Positions 20,319 through 31,489 are shown, numbered from the stretch's first letter. The stretch: 64,000 nucleotides of DNA from Candidatus Kaelpia aquatica (GCA_030765335.1 JAVCCU010000008.1:3-64002); one strand, 5' to 3'. A program made the numbers and translations. The notes: generated by a model from the letters alone, not told the origin.

Positions 20319-21584
20319 TCAAGTTCCCTCTTCCCAAGAAGATATATATTTTCTCTGCTCCTTGGTCAACTCATCAATATCGACACCCATAGAATCGAGC
20401 TTCATCCGGGCAATATATTCATCTATATCATTAGGCACCTTATAGACCTTCTTTAGGAGAGCAGTATGGTTCTCTTTTAAATATTCACAGCTCAATGCCT
20501 GATTGGCAAAACTTAGATCCATTACTTCAGCTGGATGGCCCTCAGCGCAGGCTAGATTGACAAGTCTTCCCTCACCGAGAAGATAGACCCTCTTTCCTTC
20601 GACAATATATTCATCTACCAGAGGCTTAACCTCTCTCTTTGAAGAGGATATCGCTTGAAGACTCTTAATATCTATTTCAACATCAAAATGGCCAGAGTTA
20701 CAGACTATGGCCTTATCTTTCATCAGCAGAAAATGATCTCTATTAATAACATTTATATCTCCAGTCAAAGTTATGAAGATATCTCCTATCTCAGCAGCCT
20801 CATTCATAGGCATAACTCTAAACCCGTCCATAACGGCCTCAAGAGCCTTGAAGTGGTCAACCTCTGTAACGATAACATTTCCGCCTAAACCGCTTACTCT
20901 CTTAGCGGCCCCCTTGCCGCACCAACCATAACCGGCTATAACCACATTATTGCCTGCAATAAGCTTATTGGTCGCTCTTATAATGCCATCCAGTGTTGAC
21001 TGCCCAGTACCGTACCTATTATCAAAGAGATGTTTTGTCCAGGCATCATTTACAGCAATTACCGGATAGAGCAGCTTTCCTTCAGCTGCTAGAGCCTTTA
21101 ACCTTATAACTCCGGTCGTAGTCTCTTCGGTACTACCCCAAGGCAGCTCTATGCTCTCATCTCCTTCGGCCTTTTTATGTATCGTAGACACAAGATCAGC
21201 TCCATCATCCAAAGTTATTACAGGATTATTAGCCAAAACAGCCTCAATATGGCTATAATAAGTCTCATTATCTTCTCCGTTAACAGCAAAGACCTCTATG
21301 CCGTAATCTGCCACCAATGAAGCTGCAGTATCATCCTGAGTAGAGAGCGGGTTGGATGCACAGAGGAGCACTCTAGCGCCTGCCTCTTTTAACGTTATTG
21401 CCAATACGGCCGTCTCTGTAGTTACATGCAAGCAGCAACCTATATTTAATCCCTCTAAAGGCTTCTCTTTAGAAAACCTGTTTCTTATCTTTTCCAATAC
21501 AGGCATTCTGTTTGATGCCCACTCAATTCTCTTCTTGCCTCCAGCTGCAAGTGATATATTTTTTATCAAAGAATCTGTTTTCAT
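20319..21584 (-). CDS. ahcY: Adenosylhomocysteinase
   Basis: DDGAD, EETTTG, KHLFDNRYGTGQS, GYGWCGKG, GRLVNL..AEGHP. Confidence 0.97.
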   Translation of the reverse strand: MKTDSLIKNISLAAGGKKRIEWASNRMPVLEKIRNRFSKEKPLEGLNIGCCLHVTTETAVLAITLKEAGARVLLCASNPLSTQDDTAASLVADYGIEVFAVNGEDNETYYSHIEAVLANNPVITLDDGADLVSTIHKKAEGDESIELPWGSTEETTTGVIRLKALAAEGKLLYPVIAVNDAWTKHLFDNRYGTGQSTLDGIIRATNKLIAGNNVVIAGYGWCGKGAAKRVSGLGGNVIVTEVDHFKALEAVMDGFRVMPMNEAAEIGDIFITLTGDINVINRDHFLLMKDKAIVCNSGHFDVEIDIKSLQAISSSKREVKPLVDEYIVEGKRVYLLGEGRLVNLACAEGHPAEVMDLSFANQALSCEYLKENHTALLKKVYKVPNDIDEYIARMKLDSMGVDIDELTKEQRKYISSWEEGT

Positions 21585-21596
21585 TAATACTCCTCC

Positions 21597-22748
21597 TTAA
21601 AGTTTCAAAGCTTTCCTTAATTCGCCCACTCTATCCAAGACCTCCCAGCTAAAACCATCTTCTTCTCTGCCAAAATGACCATAGTATGCAGTCTTTTTAT
21701 ATATAGGATTTTTAAGTTTCAAGAGCTCAATAATACCGCGGGGTGTCAAATTAAAGCTCTTTCTTACAGCTTTAACAATATTGGCTTCAGATATAACAGC
21801 GGTATCATAGCTATCTATCATAACCGAGACCGGCTCAGCTACACCGATAGCATAGGCAAGCTGAACTTCACATCTCCTTGCAGCTCCAGATGCTACAATA
21901 TTCTTAGCTATATAGCGGGCCATATATGCTGCAGAACGGTCTACTTTAGACGGATCTTTTCCTGAAAAGGCTCCTCCACCATGACGCCCTATACCACCGT
22001 AAGTATCAACCATTATCTTGCGCCCTGTTAAACCTGTATCTCCCTGAGGGCCACCGACAACGAACCTGCCTGTAGGATTAACTAAATATTTGGTATCCTT
22101 ATCTATATACTTAGCAGGCAATACAGGTTTTATAACTCTCTTTATTATATCCGCTCTTAACTCTTCCATCTTAACAGCAGGGTCATGCTGAGCAGCTATA
22201 ATTACACAACTTATCCTCTTAGGTTTATTATTATGATACTCTATGGAGACCTGGCTCTTTCCATCCGGCCTTAAATATTTTAACTTTTTCTCTTCACGTA
22301 CATCTGTCAGCTTTCTAACAAGGCTATGCGAAAGCATAATAGGCAGAGGCATAAGCTCAGGGGTTTCATCAACAGCATAGCCATACATCATACCCTGATC
22401 ACCAGCCCCTCCTATATCTACTCCTAAAGCAATATCTTTAGACTGTTCCTGAATTGCTGTTACAACAGCACAGTTCTGACAGCAGAAACCATAATCCAAC
22501 TTGGTATAACCTGCTTCTCCGATCGTATCTCTTGCAATCTTTGCAACTTCTACATATGCATCCGTACTTATCTCCCCAGCTACAAAAGCCATTCCTGTAG
22601 TCAGGAGAGTCTCACAAGCCACTCTAGAGTCGGGATCCTTATCTATTAAAGCATCTAGGACAGCATCTGATATTGTATCTGCTATTTTATCTGGGTGGCC
22701 CTTTGTTACTGATTCAGACGTAATAAGATATTTTCTCATCTTAGCCAT
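21597..22748 (-). CDS. metK: S-adenosylmethionine synthase
   Basis: [26 protein letters not shown]. Confidence 0.98.
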   Translation of the reverse strand: MAKMRKYLITSESVTKGHPDKIADTISDAVLDALIDKDPDSRVACETLLTTGMAFVAGEISTDAYVEVAKIARDTIGEAGYTKLDYGFCCQNCAVVTAIQEQSKDIALGVDIGGAGDQGMMYGYAVDETPELMPLPIMLSHSLVRKLTDVREEKKLKYLRPDGKSQVSIEYHNNKPKRISCVIIAAQHDPAVKMEELRADIIKRVIKPVLPAKYIDKDTKYLVNPTGRFVVGGPQGDTGLTGRKIMVDTYGGIGRHGGGAFSGKDPSKVDRSAAYMARYIAKNIVASGAARRCEVQLAYAIGVAEPVSVMIDSYDTAVISEANIVKAVRKSFNLTPRGIIELLKLKNPIYKKTAYYGHFGREEDGFSWEVLDRVGELRKALKL

Positions 22749-23500
22749 TAGAAATTCCTCCTTTCATTAACAACATTTATTGCTTTTTTATAACATTCTA
22801 TACTTCCGCCAATGTCGGCCCAACTACCGCTTCTCTGAATGAAACCATAGAGAGACCCTCTCTCTGCTAAGTAGCGGAAATATCCTCCTAAAGCATCTTT
22901 AGAACCGTCTCTTTCACAAAACTCATTGACCATGCTTAGTTTATTCTTAGGCAGATAGTAAACTCCAAATGCTATCAGCGAGCTGAAGGGAACTTTAGGC
23001 TTCTCTTGAAACCTTAGAACTTTACTATCCTTATCTAAAGAGAGCACGCCGTACTTAGACGCCTCCTCTCTATCTTTAAGCCTATAGAGAAGCAGCCAGT
23101 TTTGATCTTTTCTCTTTTTAACAGAGGAAAGAAAACCTTCTAATTTAAAAGAGAATACCATATCAGAAACCAAAAGCAAAACATCATCTTTTATTTTTTC
23201 ACTTTTCAGTATAAATTCAAGGTTTCCAACTGCACCAAGTTTATCTCTCTGTGTTCTAGTGCCGTCTGATCTTATGACTATAGGAACAGAAGTATGGTAA
23301 TTTTCGACCCAATTGATAAGATTACTATAGTACTTATCATTGGTTATTATATTTATCTTTTTTAAATCTAGAGGCTTTAGTTTCTTTAAAATATACTCTA
23401 TGACTGGTAAGCCATTTATCGGAAAGAGCGCCTTGGGTATCTTCTTCGTTAAAGGATAGAGCCTCTTGCCAACCCCTGCTGCTAAAATCACTGCCTCCAT
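22748..23500 (-). CDS. Sugar-phosphate nucleotidyltransferase family protein
   Basis: [29 protein letters not shown]. Confidence 0.85.
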   Translation of the reverse strand: MEAVILAAGVGKRLYPLTKKIPKALFPINGLPVIEYILKKLKPLDLKKINIITNDKYYSNLINWVENYHTSVPIVIRSDGTRTQRDKLGAVGNLEFILKSEKIKDDVLLLVSDMVFSFKLEGFLSSVKKRKDQNWLLLYRLKDREEASKYGVLSLDKDSKVLRFQEKPKVPFSSLIAFGVYYLPKNKLSMVNEFCERDGSKDALGGYFRYLAERGSLYGFIQRSGSWADIGGSIECYKKAINVVNERRNF

Positions 23501-25269
23501 TAGACCCCTACCAACTCTCCGTAATCTTTACCCAGCAATGCTTTTAATTCTGCTTTCAGGAAGTCTTTTATCGCTTTGGCAGAATCCATCTTCATAACCT
23601 CTGCTGCAATCTTCTCTGCCTGGGCTATTTCAACAATAGAGACAATGAGCTTAAGCTCAGGTATTATCAAAGGACTAACACTAAATTCACGTAATCCTAG
23701 CCCAAGAAGGAGAGGGAAAAAATAATTAACCCCAGCCATCTCTCCGCACATACCGACAGGAATATGATACTCTCTACTATCTTTTATAATCCGGTCTATT
23801 AATCTTAAGACCCCGGGGTGAGCAGGTTCATAGAGATAGGAAATCTTCTCATTTATGCGGTCAACTGCAATAGAATACTGTATAAGATCATTAGTCCCGA
23901 TGCTGAAGAAATCAACCCTGTTTTTAAGATGGTCACAGACCATAGCTGCTGAAGGTGTTTCAAGCATAGCTCCTATCTTTAGATCTTTATTATAGGGGAT
24001 CTCTTCTCTATCTAAATCCCGCATAACCTCAACTATAATCTTTCTGGCTTCATCCACCTCTTCAATCCCTGATATCATAGGAAGCATTATCTGAAGATCG
24101 CCATGGACCGAGGCTCTCAACATAGCTCTAAGCTGAGTCTTAAATATGCTGGGCCTGGCCAGACAGAACCTTATCGCCCGCCAACCAAGAAAAGGATTCA
24201 GCTCATAAGATATATCCATCTGGGATATAAACTTATCCCCGCCAAGATCTACCGTCCTTATAGTAACTGTATCTGGAACCATCTGAAGAACAACCATCTT
24301 GTAGGCCTGGTACTGCTCATCTTCGGTTGGAAGGTTTTCGCGATTTAAATAGAGGTACTCTGTTCTATAAAGCCCGATGCCATCAGCCCCATGGTCTTGA
24401 ACCGACTTAACCTCCGGGGGAAACTCTATGTTGGCCATTATCTTAATGGCTACACCGTCTTTGGTCTTACTCTCATTATCTTTAAACTCCATAATGCGAA
24501 CCAATTTAGCCTCTACCTTGTTCTTCTTCTCCTGGTATAACCTCAAAGTAGCATGGGAAGGATTGACGATCAGCTCCCCGCTGCTGCCATCTACAATAAC
24601 AATGTCTCCCGCCTCTATCTTGGAGGTAGCATTCTCTGCACCTACAATAGCCGGGATCTCAAACGACTTAGCCATTATTGCAGCATGGGTAGTCGGACCT
24701 CCGCTCTCTGTAACAAGACCTAAGACAAACTCTCTGTTTAAAACAGCTGTATCTGAGGGAGAGAGATCGTGAGCAATCAATATAGTCTTCTCTTTAAACT
24801 CTTTAGCGGCCAACATATCTTTGCCTATTAGATTTTTCAAAACCCTCTTGCCAAAATCACTGATATCTTGGGCTCTCTCTTTAAGATAGGGATCGTCAAG
24901 CTTTGCAAGAGCCTTCTTATATTTTTTAAGTACATCAAAAAATACATATTCAACGCCGCAAAGCTCCTTTCTCAGCCTCTCTATAATCTCCTCCAGCAAA
25001 ACCCTGTCTTCTAATAGCATGAGCTGAACATCAAAGATATTAGCGTACTTAGAGCCCATCTCCTTAGCCATGCTGTTCTGTATCTTGACTATCTCTTTCT
25101 TTGTCTTAAGAAGAGCGTTTTCCAGGCTCTTTATCTCCTCGCTCAAATCAGACTCTTTAATGCTCCTATGTTCTACCTGCAGTAAGTCATTTGATATAAC
25201 ATGAGCCTTGGCTATACCTATGCCCGGTGAGACTGGAACCCCTTTAAGTTTTATCTCTTTATCAAACAT
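23500..25269 (-). CDS. ptsI: PTS enzyme I (PEP-protein phosphotransferase)
   Basis: GGPTTHAAI phospho-His, GLYRTE, NPFLGWRAIR, SIGTNDLIQY, CGEMA. Confidence 0.96.
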   Translation of the reverse strand: MFDKEIKLKGVPVSPGIGIAKAHVISNDLLQVEHRSIKESDLSEEIKSLENALLKTKKEIVKIQNSMAKEMGSKYANIFDVQLMLLEDRVLLEEIIERLRKELCGVEYVFFDVLKKYKKALAKLDDPYLKERAQDISDFGKRVLKNLIGKDMLAAKEFKEKTILIAHDLSPSDTAVLNREFVLGLVTESGGPTTHAAIMAKSFEIPAIVGAENATSKIEAGDIVIVDGSSGELIVNPSHATLRLYQEKKNKVEAKLVRIMEFKDNESKTKDGVAIKIMANIEFPPEVKSVQDHGADGIGLYRTEYLYLNRENLPTEDEQYQAYKMVVLQMVPDTVTIRTVDLGGDKFISQMDISYELNPFLGWRAIRFCLARPSIFKTQLRAMLRASVHGDLQIMLPMISGIEEVDEARKIIVEVMRDLDREEIPYNKDLKIGAMLETPSAAMVCDHLKNRVDFFSIGTNDLIQYSIAVDRINEKISYLYEPAHPGVLRLIDRIIKDSREYHIPVGMCGEMAGVNYFFPLLLGLGLREFSVSPLIIPELKLIVSIVEIAQAEKIAAEVMKMDSAKAIKDFLKAELKALLGKDYGELVGV

Positions 25270-25525
25270 CTTCTTTTAATATTATTCTCTCCAATAAATC
25301 CATAGCTTCTTCTGCATCTTCACCTTCAACTTCAATAATAATTTCATCCTTACATTCTACACCCAGAGTTAAGATATTTAAAATAGATTTCCCATCTACG
25401 ACTAAATCTCCTTTTGTAACTGTAACTTTTGACATAAATTTATTCGCCGTCTCAACAAGCATTGCAGCAGGCCTTGCATGTAAGCCTTGCTCAGAAACCA
25501 ATCTCAGCCTCTTTACAATTTTCAT
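25262..25525 (-). CDS. ptsH: Phosphocarrier protein HPr
   Basis: GLHARPA (His15) and DGKSIL (Ser46). Confidence 0.95.
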   Translation of the reverse strand: MKIVKRLRLVSEQGLHARPAAMLVETANKFMSKVTVTKGDLVVDGKSILNILTLGVECKDEIIIEVEGEDAEEAMDLLERIILKEDV

Positions 25526-27477
25526 AGCTCACCTACGCCTAATTTAAAATTAAAATCCAGAGACTCTTTTTTAAGCGGCCAGATAAAATGCATAGATAGC
25601 CCCTGATAGGACTTCTCTAAGCCAAGCTCAGAATCAGAGATAGTATAAATAGGATATAAAAGGATGGTTGTCTCTTTCGAGAACTTAAACGAATACTTTA
25701 ACTTAAACCAGCTATCCTCTAATACTAATTCCCGAGCCTTTAAAAACCCTTCCTTTTTTAATGCCTCTTCTGAATATAAGAGCAAATTGAACTCAGAAGA
25801 GAACACTGAACCGCTATCCAAGCTATGTTTTATGTTATATGAAAAATTAAGAAAATTCTGACTTAACTTAAGACTCTTTACTAAAGATAAACCTTTAGCA
25901 TCTATAGAAGCCGCTACGCCCCCCTTATCGACTTTACATATATAAGGTTTCTCATAGAGGCTTAAAATATCTCTTACTCTATTTCTTGAAAAATCTTTCT
26001 CATTTAAATCAGACTCTGAGTAAATATGATCTATCCAGGCAGATTTTCTATAATAATCATATACCAGCTCGCCTTGAAGACATTGAATTGCTGCTGATGT
26101 TCGATTATGAATACTAGGAGGGTTTGCTGAAGCTATAAGCTCGCTGTTAACCTCGTTCTCCTGAAGTATCTTTTTATGATAAGACTCTGCTCTTCTTGTA
26201 AGAGTATTTAAAATATTCATATTTTTAGGCTTATAGTCTATCTCAGTGATGGTGCCTCCAGAACATGGACAGATATAAAGGTTGTAGACTTTATCTTTAA
26301 ATATAATCTCTTCATTTCCATCCAAATCAATATCCTTCTGCACAACCAACGGAAATTTAACTTTAGTTACAGCATCCAAATCATTCTCAGCATCTATAAG
26401 ATATCTATAAGCAAGATATCTTAAATGAGTGAGGTAGAGCCCGCCAAAGACCCCGTGCCAATAGACATCGTTGTTTTGGGCCTTATAGAGCTTCTCTCTT
26501 ATGTGAGGATAGACTCTCTTTGAATCTTCTTCTAGCTTTTCTAGCTTCAAACTGATATCAAACACTCTTTTCTGGAGGTGGTTACTCTCAGGATATTTAA
26601 TCAAAAAATTCCTAAACATACCTCCTGACCAGTCCATCATCTCTGAATAACTTGCAGATGGTAAATATATTCTGCCTGAAGACGAGTGAGAATCTAAGAT
26701 ATCACTAAAATGAGCTGTTTTAAGCCAATCGCTATTTTGAGATAAGAGAGTAAAAAACTTACTCAACCATTGTTCTTTGTAAACCCAGTCGTATGTATCC
26801 GGCCAAAATCCGAATTTTTCTAAATCATCCCCAAAAGATATCGCCTTTATTCCTTGTTCTTTTTTTGATCTTAAATAATCTATTGAATCAACTGGAGGCT
26901 TAAACGGCATTGAATATCTTAAGAATTTAGAGCTTGGGAAGAGGGCTAAGTCACAGTTCTTATCTTCGGTAATATAATAACCTCCTAAACTCTCCTGATC
27001 CAATCCAGCTCTTTTAAAATGTTCATCATCAACAATAATAAAATCAACTCCAGAGGTCTTTATCGATTTGACTAAATCCGGCTCCCAGACTCTCTCAGTA
27101 AGCCAAAGCCCTCTAGGTTTAACCTTAAATATCTCGCTTATCCTAGAGAGATATAACTCTATCTGGTTCTTCTTGTCCCGATCAGAAAGAAGTACCAATA
27201 TAGGCTCGTAATAGCCGGCTGAGAGAAGCTCCAGCTGCCCTTTCTTGACTAAACTTTTTATAAGATTTAAAAATTCCACCTGATTCTTTAAGGTCCAATC
27301 CAAGAGACTGCCGCTTATATGGAACGATATTTTTATCTCCGGAAACTGAGATAGTGTATTAAAAAAAGGAATGTATGAACTCTCAAAAGCCTGATGAAAA
27401 ACATTATCAAAATTATCGACCGGCTGGTGAGCATGAACAGCAATCAAGAAATTGATACTATCTTTATTTAAATCCAT
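25522..27477 (-). CDS. GH57 alpha-amylase/4-alpha-glucanotransferase (DUF1925/DUF1926 domains)
   Basis: HAHQP, GLWLTERVWEP, GDDLEKFGFWP, FLIKYPESN, YWHGVFGGLY. Confidence 0.9.
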   Translation of the reverse strand: MDLNKDSINFLIAVHAHQPVDNFDNVFHQAFESSYIPFFNTLSQFPEIKISFHISGSLLDWTLKNQVEFLNLIKSLVKKGQLELLSAGYYEPILVLLSDRDKKNQIELYLSRISEIFKVKPRGLWLTERVWEPDLVKSIKTSGVDFIIVDDEHFKRAGLDQESLGGYYITEDKNCDLALFPSSKFLRYSMPFKPPVDSIDYLRSKKEQGIKAISFGDDLEKFGFWPDTYDWVYKEQWLSKFFTLLSQNSDWLKTAHFSDILDSHSSSGRIYLPSASYSEMMDWSGGMFRNFLIKYPESNHLQKRVFDISLKLEKLEEDSKRVYPHIREKLYKAQNNDVYWHGVFGGLYLTHLRYLAYRYLIDAENDLDAVTKVKFPLVVQKDIDLDGNEEIIFKDKVYNLYICPCSGGTITEIDYKPKNMNILNTLTRRAESYHKKILQENEVNSELIASANPPSIHNRTSAAIQCLQGELVYDYYRKSAWIDHIYSESDLNEKDFSRNRVRDILSLYEKPYICKVDKGGVAASIDAKGLSLVKSLKLSQNFLNFSYNIKHSLDSGSVFSSEFNLLLYSEEALKKEGFLKARELVLEDSWFKLKYSFKFSKETTILLYPIYTISDSELGLEKSYQGLSMHFIWPLKKESLDFNFKLGVGEL

Positions 27478-28712
27478 TTCCCTCTACTTTTATTAAGACC
27501 AAGCATCTCTAGTACTAGTTCAGAAAGCTTATTTGAATCATGTCTAACAACGTCTCCTAAATCAGATAGATCTCTGACAATAGCTTTAGGTCCTAGCTTC
27601 TCTACTTCGATAATATCAGTCTCTACGGGAGAGCTGTCCTCTTTCTGATAATTTTGAAGTATCTCACTGGGAATAAAGGATGAGTTAAGCACTGCATATT
27701 GGATCAAATCCGAAGAAGTATGCTCAAAGATAGCCTTAATATGATCTGAAGCTGTATAATTATCGGTCTCACCAAGTTGAGTCATAATATTGGCCACATA
27801 TATCTTAATAGCAGGGGAATTTAAAATGGCCTCCACCATGCCAGGCACAAGAAGATTAGGTATAACACTTGTGTAAAGACTGCCGGGGCCTAAAATAATA
27901 ACATCTGCATTCTCAATCGCCTCCATAGCTTCATAAGTCAACTTACATTGAGGGGGATGAAGCCTCACTCTTCTAATCTTCAGCTTTGCCTCTGGAATCT
28001 TAGACTCACCTACTGTCTCCTTACCGTTCTCATGTTCTGCAATTAATTTTATCTTATCTACTGTCGCTGGAATAACGCGGCCTTTTATAGCTAAAACCTT
28101 ACTCGACTCTTTTATTGCCTTTTCAAAATCTCCTGTTATCTGAGAGAGCGCAGTAATAAATAGATTGCCAAAATTATGGTCTTTTAATTCACCTTCGGCT
28201 TTAAAGCGGTATTGAAACAACTCTCTCATTAAAGGCGGGGCATCAGCTAAAGCAACAAGACAGTTCCTTATATCTCCAGGAGGAAGAATATCAAATTCTT
28301 TCCGCAGCCTACCTGAAGAGCCCCCATCATCAGCTACGGTAACAATGGCAGTAGTATTAGCAGTGATATTTTTTAAACCTTGAAGTAAAGTCGAAAGACC
28401 TGTGCCTCCTCCAATAGCCACGATATTAGGACCCTTCTCCAGTTTTTTCTTTTCCAGAAACAACTCTAATAACTCTTTGGAGCGTTCAGGATAGAGAGCG
28501 TTCATAACTGTAGCGATAAGCTCTTTGATGCCGACTATAATGGCTAAGGCCCCTAAAAGAAGACCTGATATAGCATAGAAGCTGCCGTTATAACTTTCAG
28601 CCTTTACAAGACTTGCTGAGCTTAACGATATAAAAATTATTCCTATGGCTGAGAGGAGTATCCATCTTTTAATACCAATACCAGGATATAACCAACGTAG
28701 TCTTTTTCTCAT
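27468..28712 (-). CDS. yvcK: YvcK/GlmR (CofD-like) gluconeogenesis factor with two N-terminal TM helices
   Basis: IGGGTGL, VADDGGSSG, PPGDIRN, GPGSLYTS. Confidence 0.92.
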   Translation of the reverse strand: MRKRLRWLYPGIGIKRWILLSAIGIIFISLSSASLVKAESYNGSFYAISGLLLGALAIIVGIKELIATVMNALYPERSKELLELFLEKKKLEKGPNIVAIGGGTGLSTLLQGLKNITANTTAIVTVADDGGSSGRLRKEFDILPPGDIRNCLVALADAPPLMRELFQYRFKAEGELKDHNFGNLFITALSQITGDFEKAIKESSKVLAIKGRVIPATVDKIKLIAEHENGKETVGESKIPEAKLKIRRVRLHPPQCKLTYEAMEAIENADVIILGPGSLYTSVIPNLLVPGMVEAILNSPAIKIYVANIMTQLGETDNYTASDHIKAIFEHTSSDLIQYAVLNSSFIPSEILQNYQKEDSSPVETDIIEVEKLGPKAIVRDLSDLGDVVRHDSNKLSELVLEMLGLNKSRGKWI

Positions 28713-28734
28713 TCTTATAACCCTGATCTTATAT

Positions 28735-29214
28735 CTAACCTAATTCCTCTTCTTCCCTTTTAAGGATAGCGAGAAGGTTTTTAGGGTTTTTACACTGGAT
28801 AAGACTCGCACGAAAAAACTTGGCTCTGACTAAACGCGATATCTTTGCCAAAGCCTTAAGGTGTTCGCCTGTTGCATCTTTAGGCGCAAGAATCATAAAG
28901 AATATATTTGCCGGCTCACCATCTAAAGAATCAAAATCTACGCCCTTTTGGGATATTCCGCAGCAAGCTGTTATCTTTTTTATACAACTATCTTTGGCAT
29001 GAGGAATACCTACCCCTTGACCTATCCCGGTTGAGCCAAGGCTTTCTCTAGCTTTGAGAGCTTTCCTTACTTTAGACTTATTCTTTTTATCTAATTTTTT
29101 GGCTGCTATTAATACTTCCAACAACTCATCTATAACTGCATCTTTATCTTCCGCCTTAAGATTCAGTTTTATTGTTCCGGCACTTAAAAGACTCGATATA
29201 TCCATTACCACCAC
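28735..29214 (-). CDS. ptsN: PTS EIIA (Ntr/fructose-type)
   Basis: RESLGSTGIGQGVGIPHA, FDSLDGEP, HLKALAKISR. Confidence 0.85.
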   Translation of the reverse strand: MVVMDISSLLSAGTIKLNLKAEDKDAVIDELLEVLIAAKKLDKKNKSKVRKALKARESLGSTGIGQGVGIPHAKDSCIKKITACCGISQKGVDFDSLDGEPANIFFMILAPKDATGEHLKALAKISRLVRAKFFRASLIQCKNPKNLLAILKREEEELG

Positions 29215-29256
29215 CTTTCTTGTTAAAAGTCAAAATGCCAGATTCTGATCTTTACA

Positions 29257-29331
<75 letters not shown>

Positions 29332-29381
29332 ATAAAAAACCAATCTCCAGCTGTTATTTAAAGCAGCCAAAATAGCAAATC

Positions 29382-29410
29382 ATTATACCAAGCCATTGAC
29401 AAATGGGCAA
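29382..29410 (-). promoter_or_regulatory. Internal promoter upstream of tRNA-Gly/ptsN, with the -35 inside the tRNA-Leu 3' end
   Basis: TTGCCC-N17-TATAAT with extended -10 TG. Confidence 0.5.
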
Positions 29411-29484
29411 GGCGGGACTTGAACCCGCACCCCTCTCAGGACAGGATTCTAAGTCCTGCGCGTCTGCCATTCCGCCACCTGCCC
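29404..29484 (-). tRNA. tRNA-Leu(TAG)
   Basis: GGGCAGGTGGCGGAATGGCAGACGCGCAGGAC-TTAGAA-TCCTG, variable arm, GGTTCAAGTCC, CTTGCCCA. Confidence 0.95.
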
Positions 29485-29508
29485 ATAGCTATCGTCTTAA
29501 ATAATATC

Positions 29509-29581
29509 TGGGCCGTGCAGGAATCGAACCTGCAACCTTGGGCTTAAGAGGCCCCTGCTCTGCCGATTGAGCCAACGGCCC
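29509..29581 (-). tRNA. tRNA-Lys(CTT)
   Basis: GGGCCGTTGGCTCAATCGGCAGAGCAGGGGCCTCTTAAGCCCAAGGTTGCAGGTTCGATTCCTGCACGGCCCA. Confidence 0.95.
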
Positions 29582-29604
29582 AACAATAAGTTAAATGCTT
29601 TAAA

Positions 29605-29633
29605 ATTGTAGCAAAATTTAAGCTCAAGGTCAA
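29605..29633 (-). promoter_or_regulatory. Sigma70 promoter of the tRNA Lys-Leu-Gly cluster
   Basis: TTGACC-N17-TACAAT with extended -10 TG. Confidence 0.75.
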
Positions 29634-29899
29634 TCTATAGAAAAGATGAGTAGTATCAATATATGCAATATTCGCCTTAAAAATAGATTGCAATAACATG
29701 CTTTGGTTAAACAAAAACGGCTATAATCAAGATTATGCCTTTTTATTAAATAGGCATTCTGAAATTAAATTATAGAAATAAATTCCCTGCCTTGCTAGAC
29801 TTTTCATGTCAACGATAGACCGAACCTTATATATAGTATAAATATTAATCTATAGATTACTGCGTTTAATCGCAACAGAGTCATTCAAGATACTCTCTT

Positions 29900-31489
29900 T
29901 TAAGAGTCGTTGTTTACTAGAAGACTGACATCTATAAATCTTGATTTATCACTATCGAAATAGAACATATATCTTCTCCAAAAAGAAGGAAATCTTGAAT
30001 CTATACCAAGTATAATCTCATCATCAGGATAGAAAAAAGCTACGCCTTTAAAAGCTATCTCTTTCAATTCTTTTTTAGAAAATTCTACATTTTTTGGTTG
30101 TTTAATATAGGCAACGAACTCCTCTATTCTCTCGAGTGGAATGATTTTTTCAGAATCAAATTCGATATTGATAAATATTGGCAATTGACACCAACTATCA
30201 TATCTTGAAGTTTTTTTAATATATAAGAATAAATATGCACACGAACCTGGAAAAGCAGCAAATTGGTTTATATTATAGGGATGATTAACAACATACACTA
30301 CTGTTCGGGGATTACTAATTACTATAGTTTCTAGAGAATCAACCATGCTTTTCACGGTTTTTGAAACCTCTATAAAATCTCTCCCTCGTTTTATTCTGGA
30401 TTTAAAAGAGAGAATGAGAAACATTGCGGCCAACAGGCAGAAAAGTGCTTTTTTAAACTTCAAAACTTTACCTATATCAGTAAAAAACAAACTCCAGAGA
30501 AATCCCACCCCTATCAAAGGAATGTACAAGTATTTTTCACGTATTATTGGATCCGGATAATACAGTGCAGGCAAAAGAGTGATTCCAATCCAGAGTAAAG
30601 AAAATCGATAATGCTTATCTTTGATAATATAAACAAGGAAGAAATACCCTAATACAATTAACCACATCAAAAATACATCGTGATGTCGCATCATTAAAAA
30701 CTCTACTCCTTTCCCCTGAAACTGAAAGGGAATAAAAAGCAACTTTAGTCCAATACTTAAAAGAGGTAATCTTAAAAAATTTTCAGCTATTAATACACTC
30801 AGCCTTTCGTTTTCTAAGGCAAGAGAATTGCTGCATAAAACAAGTCTAATTATTAAGAATGTAGACATAATTAAAAAGAACGGCAAAGATAGAATAAGCT
30901 TCTTTCTTAAGATCCTTTGATCGTAAAAAAGGAGAAGAATAAGAATTAAAAGCGGCAAAACAACGGATGTCTCACGAGCAAAGAAAGCAATAATTGTCAA
31001 GAATACTGCCCAAATAAGACAAGCTTTATTTTTCTTCTCGATATAATTTAAAATTAAAATTAAACAGCAAAGCATGAAAAACACGGCCATTATTTCATCT
31101 ATTCGTCTAATAGTAAAGACAACGTTGGTATTCATATAATGAAGTCCGAAGATAGCTGCACAGAGGAATGAAATTAATCTATTTTTTGTAAGCTTATAAA
31201 TAAATATCATGACAAGAATACATACAATCAAATGCAAGAAGTGATTAATTAAATGGTAATAAAAATATGGTAATTCTAATTTTTTAAATGCTGTTAAAAA
31301 ATAAAATTGCAGCAACGGTCGATAGAATAATACTTCTTCTAGGTTCAGTGTTTCTACATGAACCTTATTCAGCCATTGAAAATCTTCACCAGTAAAAAAA
31401 GTTTTGTTCGGTGAAGTAAAGAAAATGGCGATATTTAAAATCAATAATAAACCTAGAAACAACCAGAATTTAGAGTTTGAAGGATTCAT
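29900..31489 (-). CDS. GT-C fold polytopic membrane glycosyltransferase (ArnT/PMT/TMTC-like)
   Basis: Acidic motif GEDFQW after TM1, YRPL, YHLINHFLH, IFGLH, ARETS, EKYLYIP; many TM helices plus a soluble C-terminal domain. Confidence 0.7.
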   Translation of the reverse strand: MNPSNSKFWLFLGLLLILNIAIFFTSPNKTFFTGEDFQWLNKVHVETLNLEEVLFYRPLLQFYFLTAFKKLELPYFYYHLINHFLHLIVCILVMIFIYKLTKNRLISFLCAAIFGLHYMNTNVVFTIRRIDEIMAVFFMLCCLILILNYIEKKNKACLIWAVFLTIIAFFARETSVVLPLLILILLLFYDQRILRKKLILSLPFFLIMSTFLIIRLVLCSNSLALENERLSVLIAENFLRLPLLSIGLKLLFIPFQFQGKGVEFLMMRHHDVFLMWLIVLGYFFLVYIIKDKHYRFSLLWIGITLLPALYYPDPIIREKYLYIPLIGVGFLWSLFFTDIGKVLKFKKALFCLLAAMFLILSFKSRIKRGRDFIEVSKTVKSMVDSLETIVISNPRTVVYVVNHPYNINQFAAFPGSCAYLFLYIKKTSRYDSWCQLPIFINIEFDSEKIIPLERIEEFVAYIKQPKNVEFSKKELKEIAFKGVAFFYPDDEIILGIDSRFPSFWRRYMFYFDSDKSRFIDVSLLVNNDS

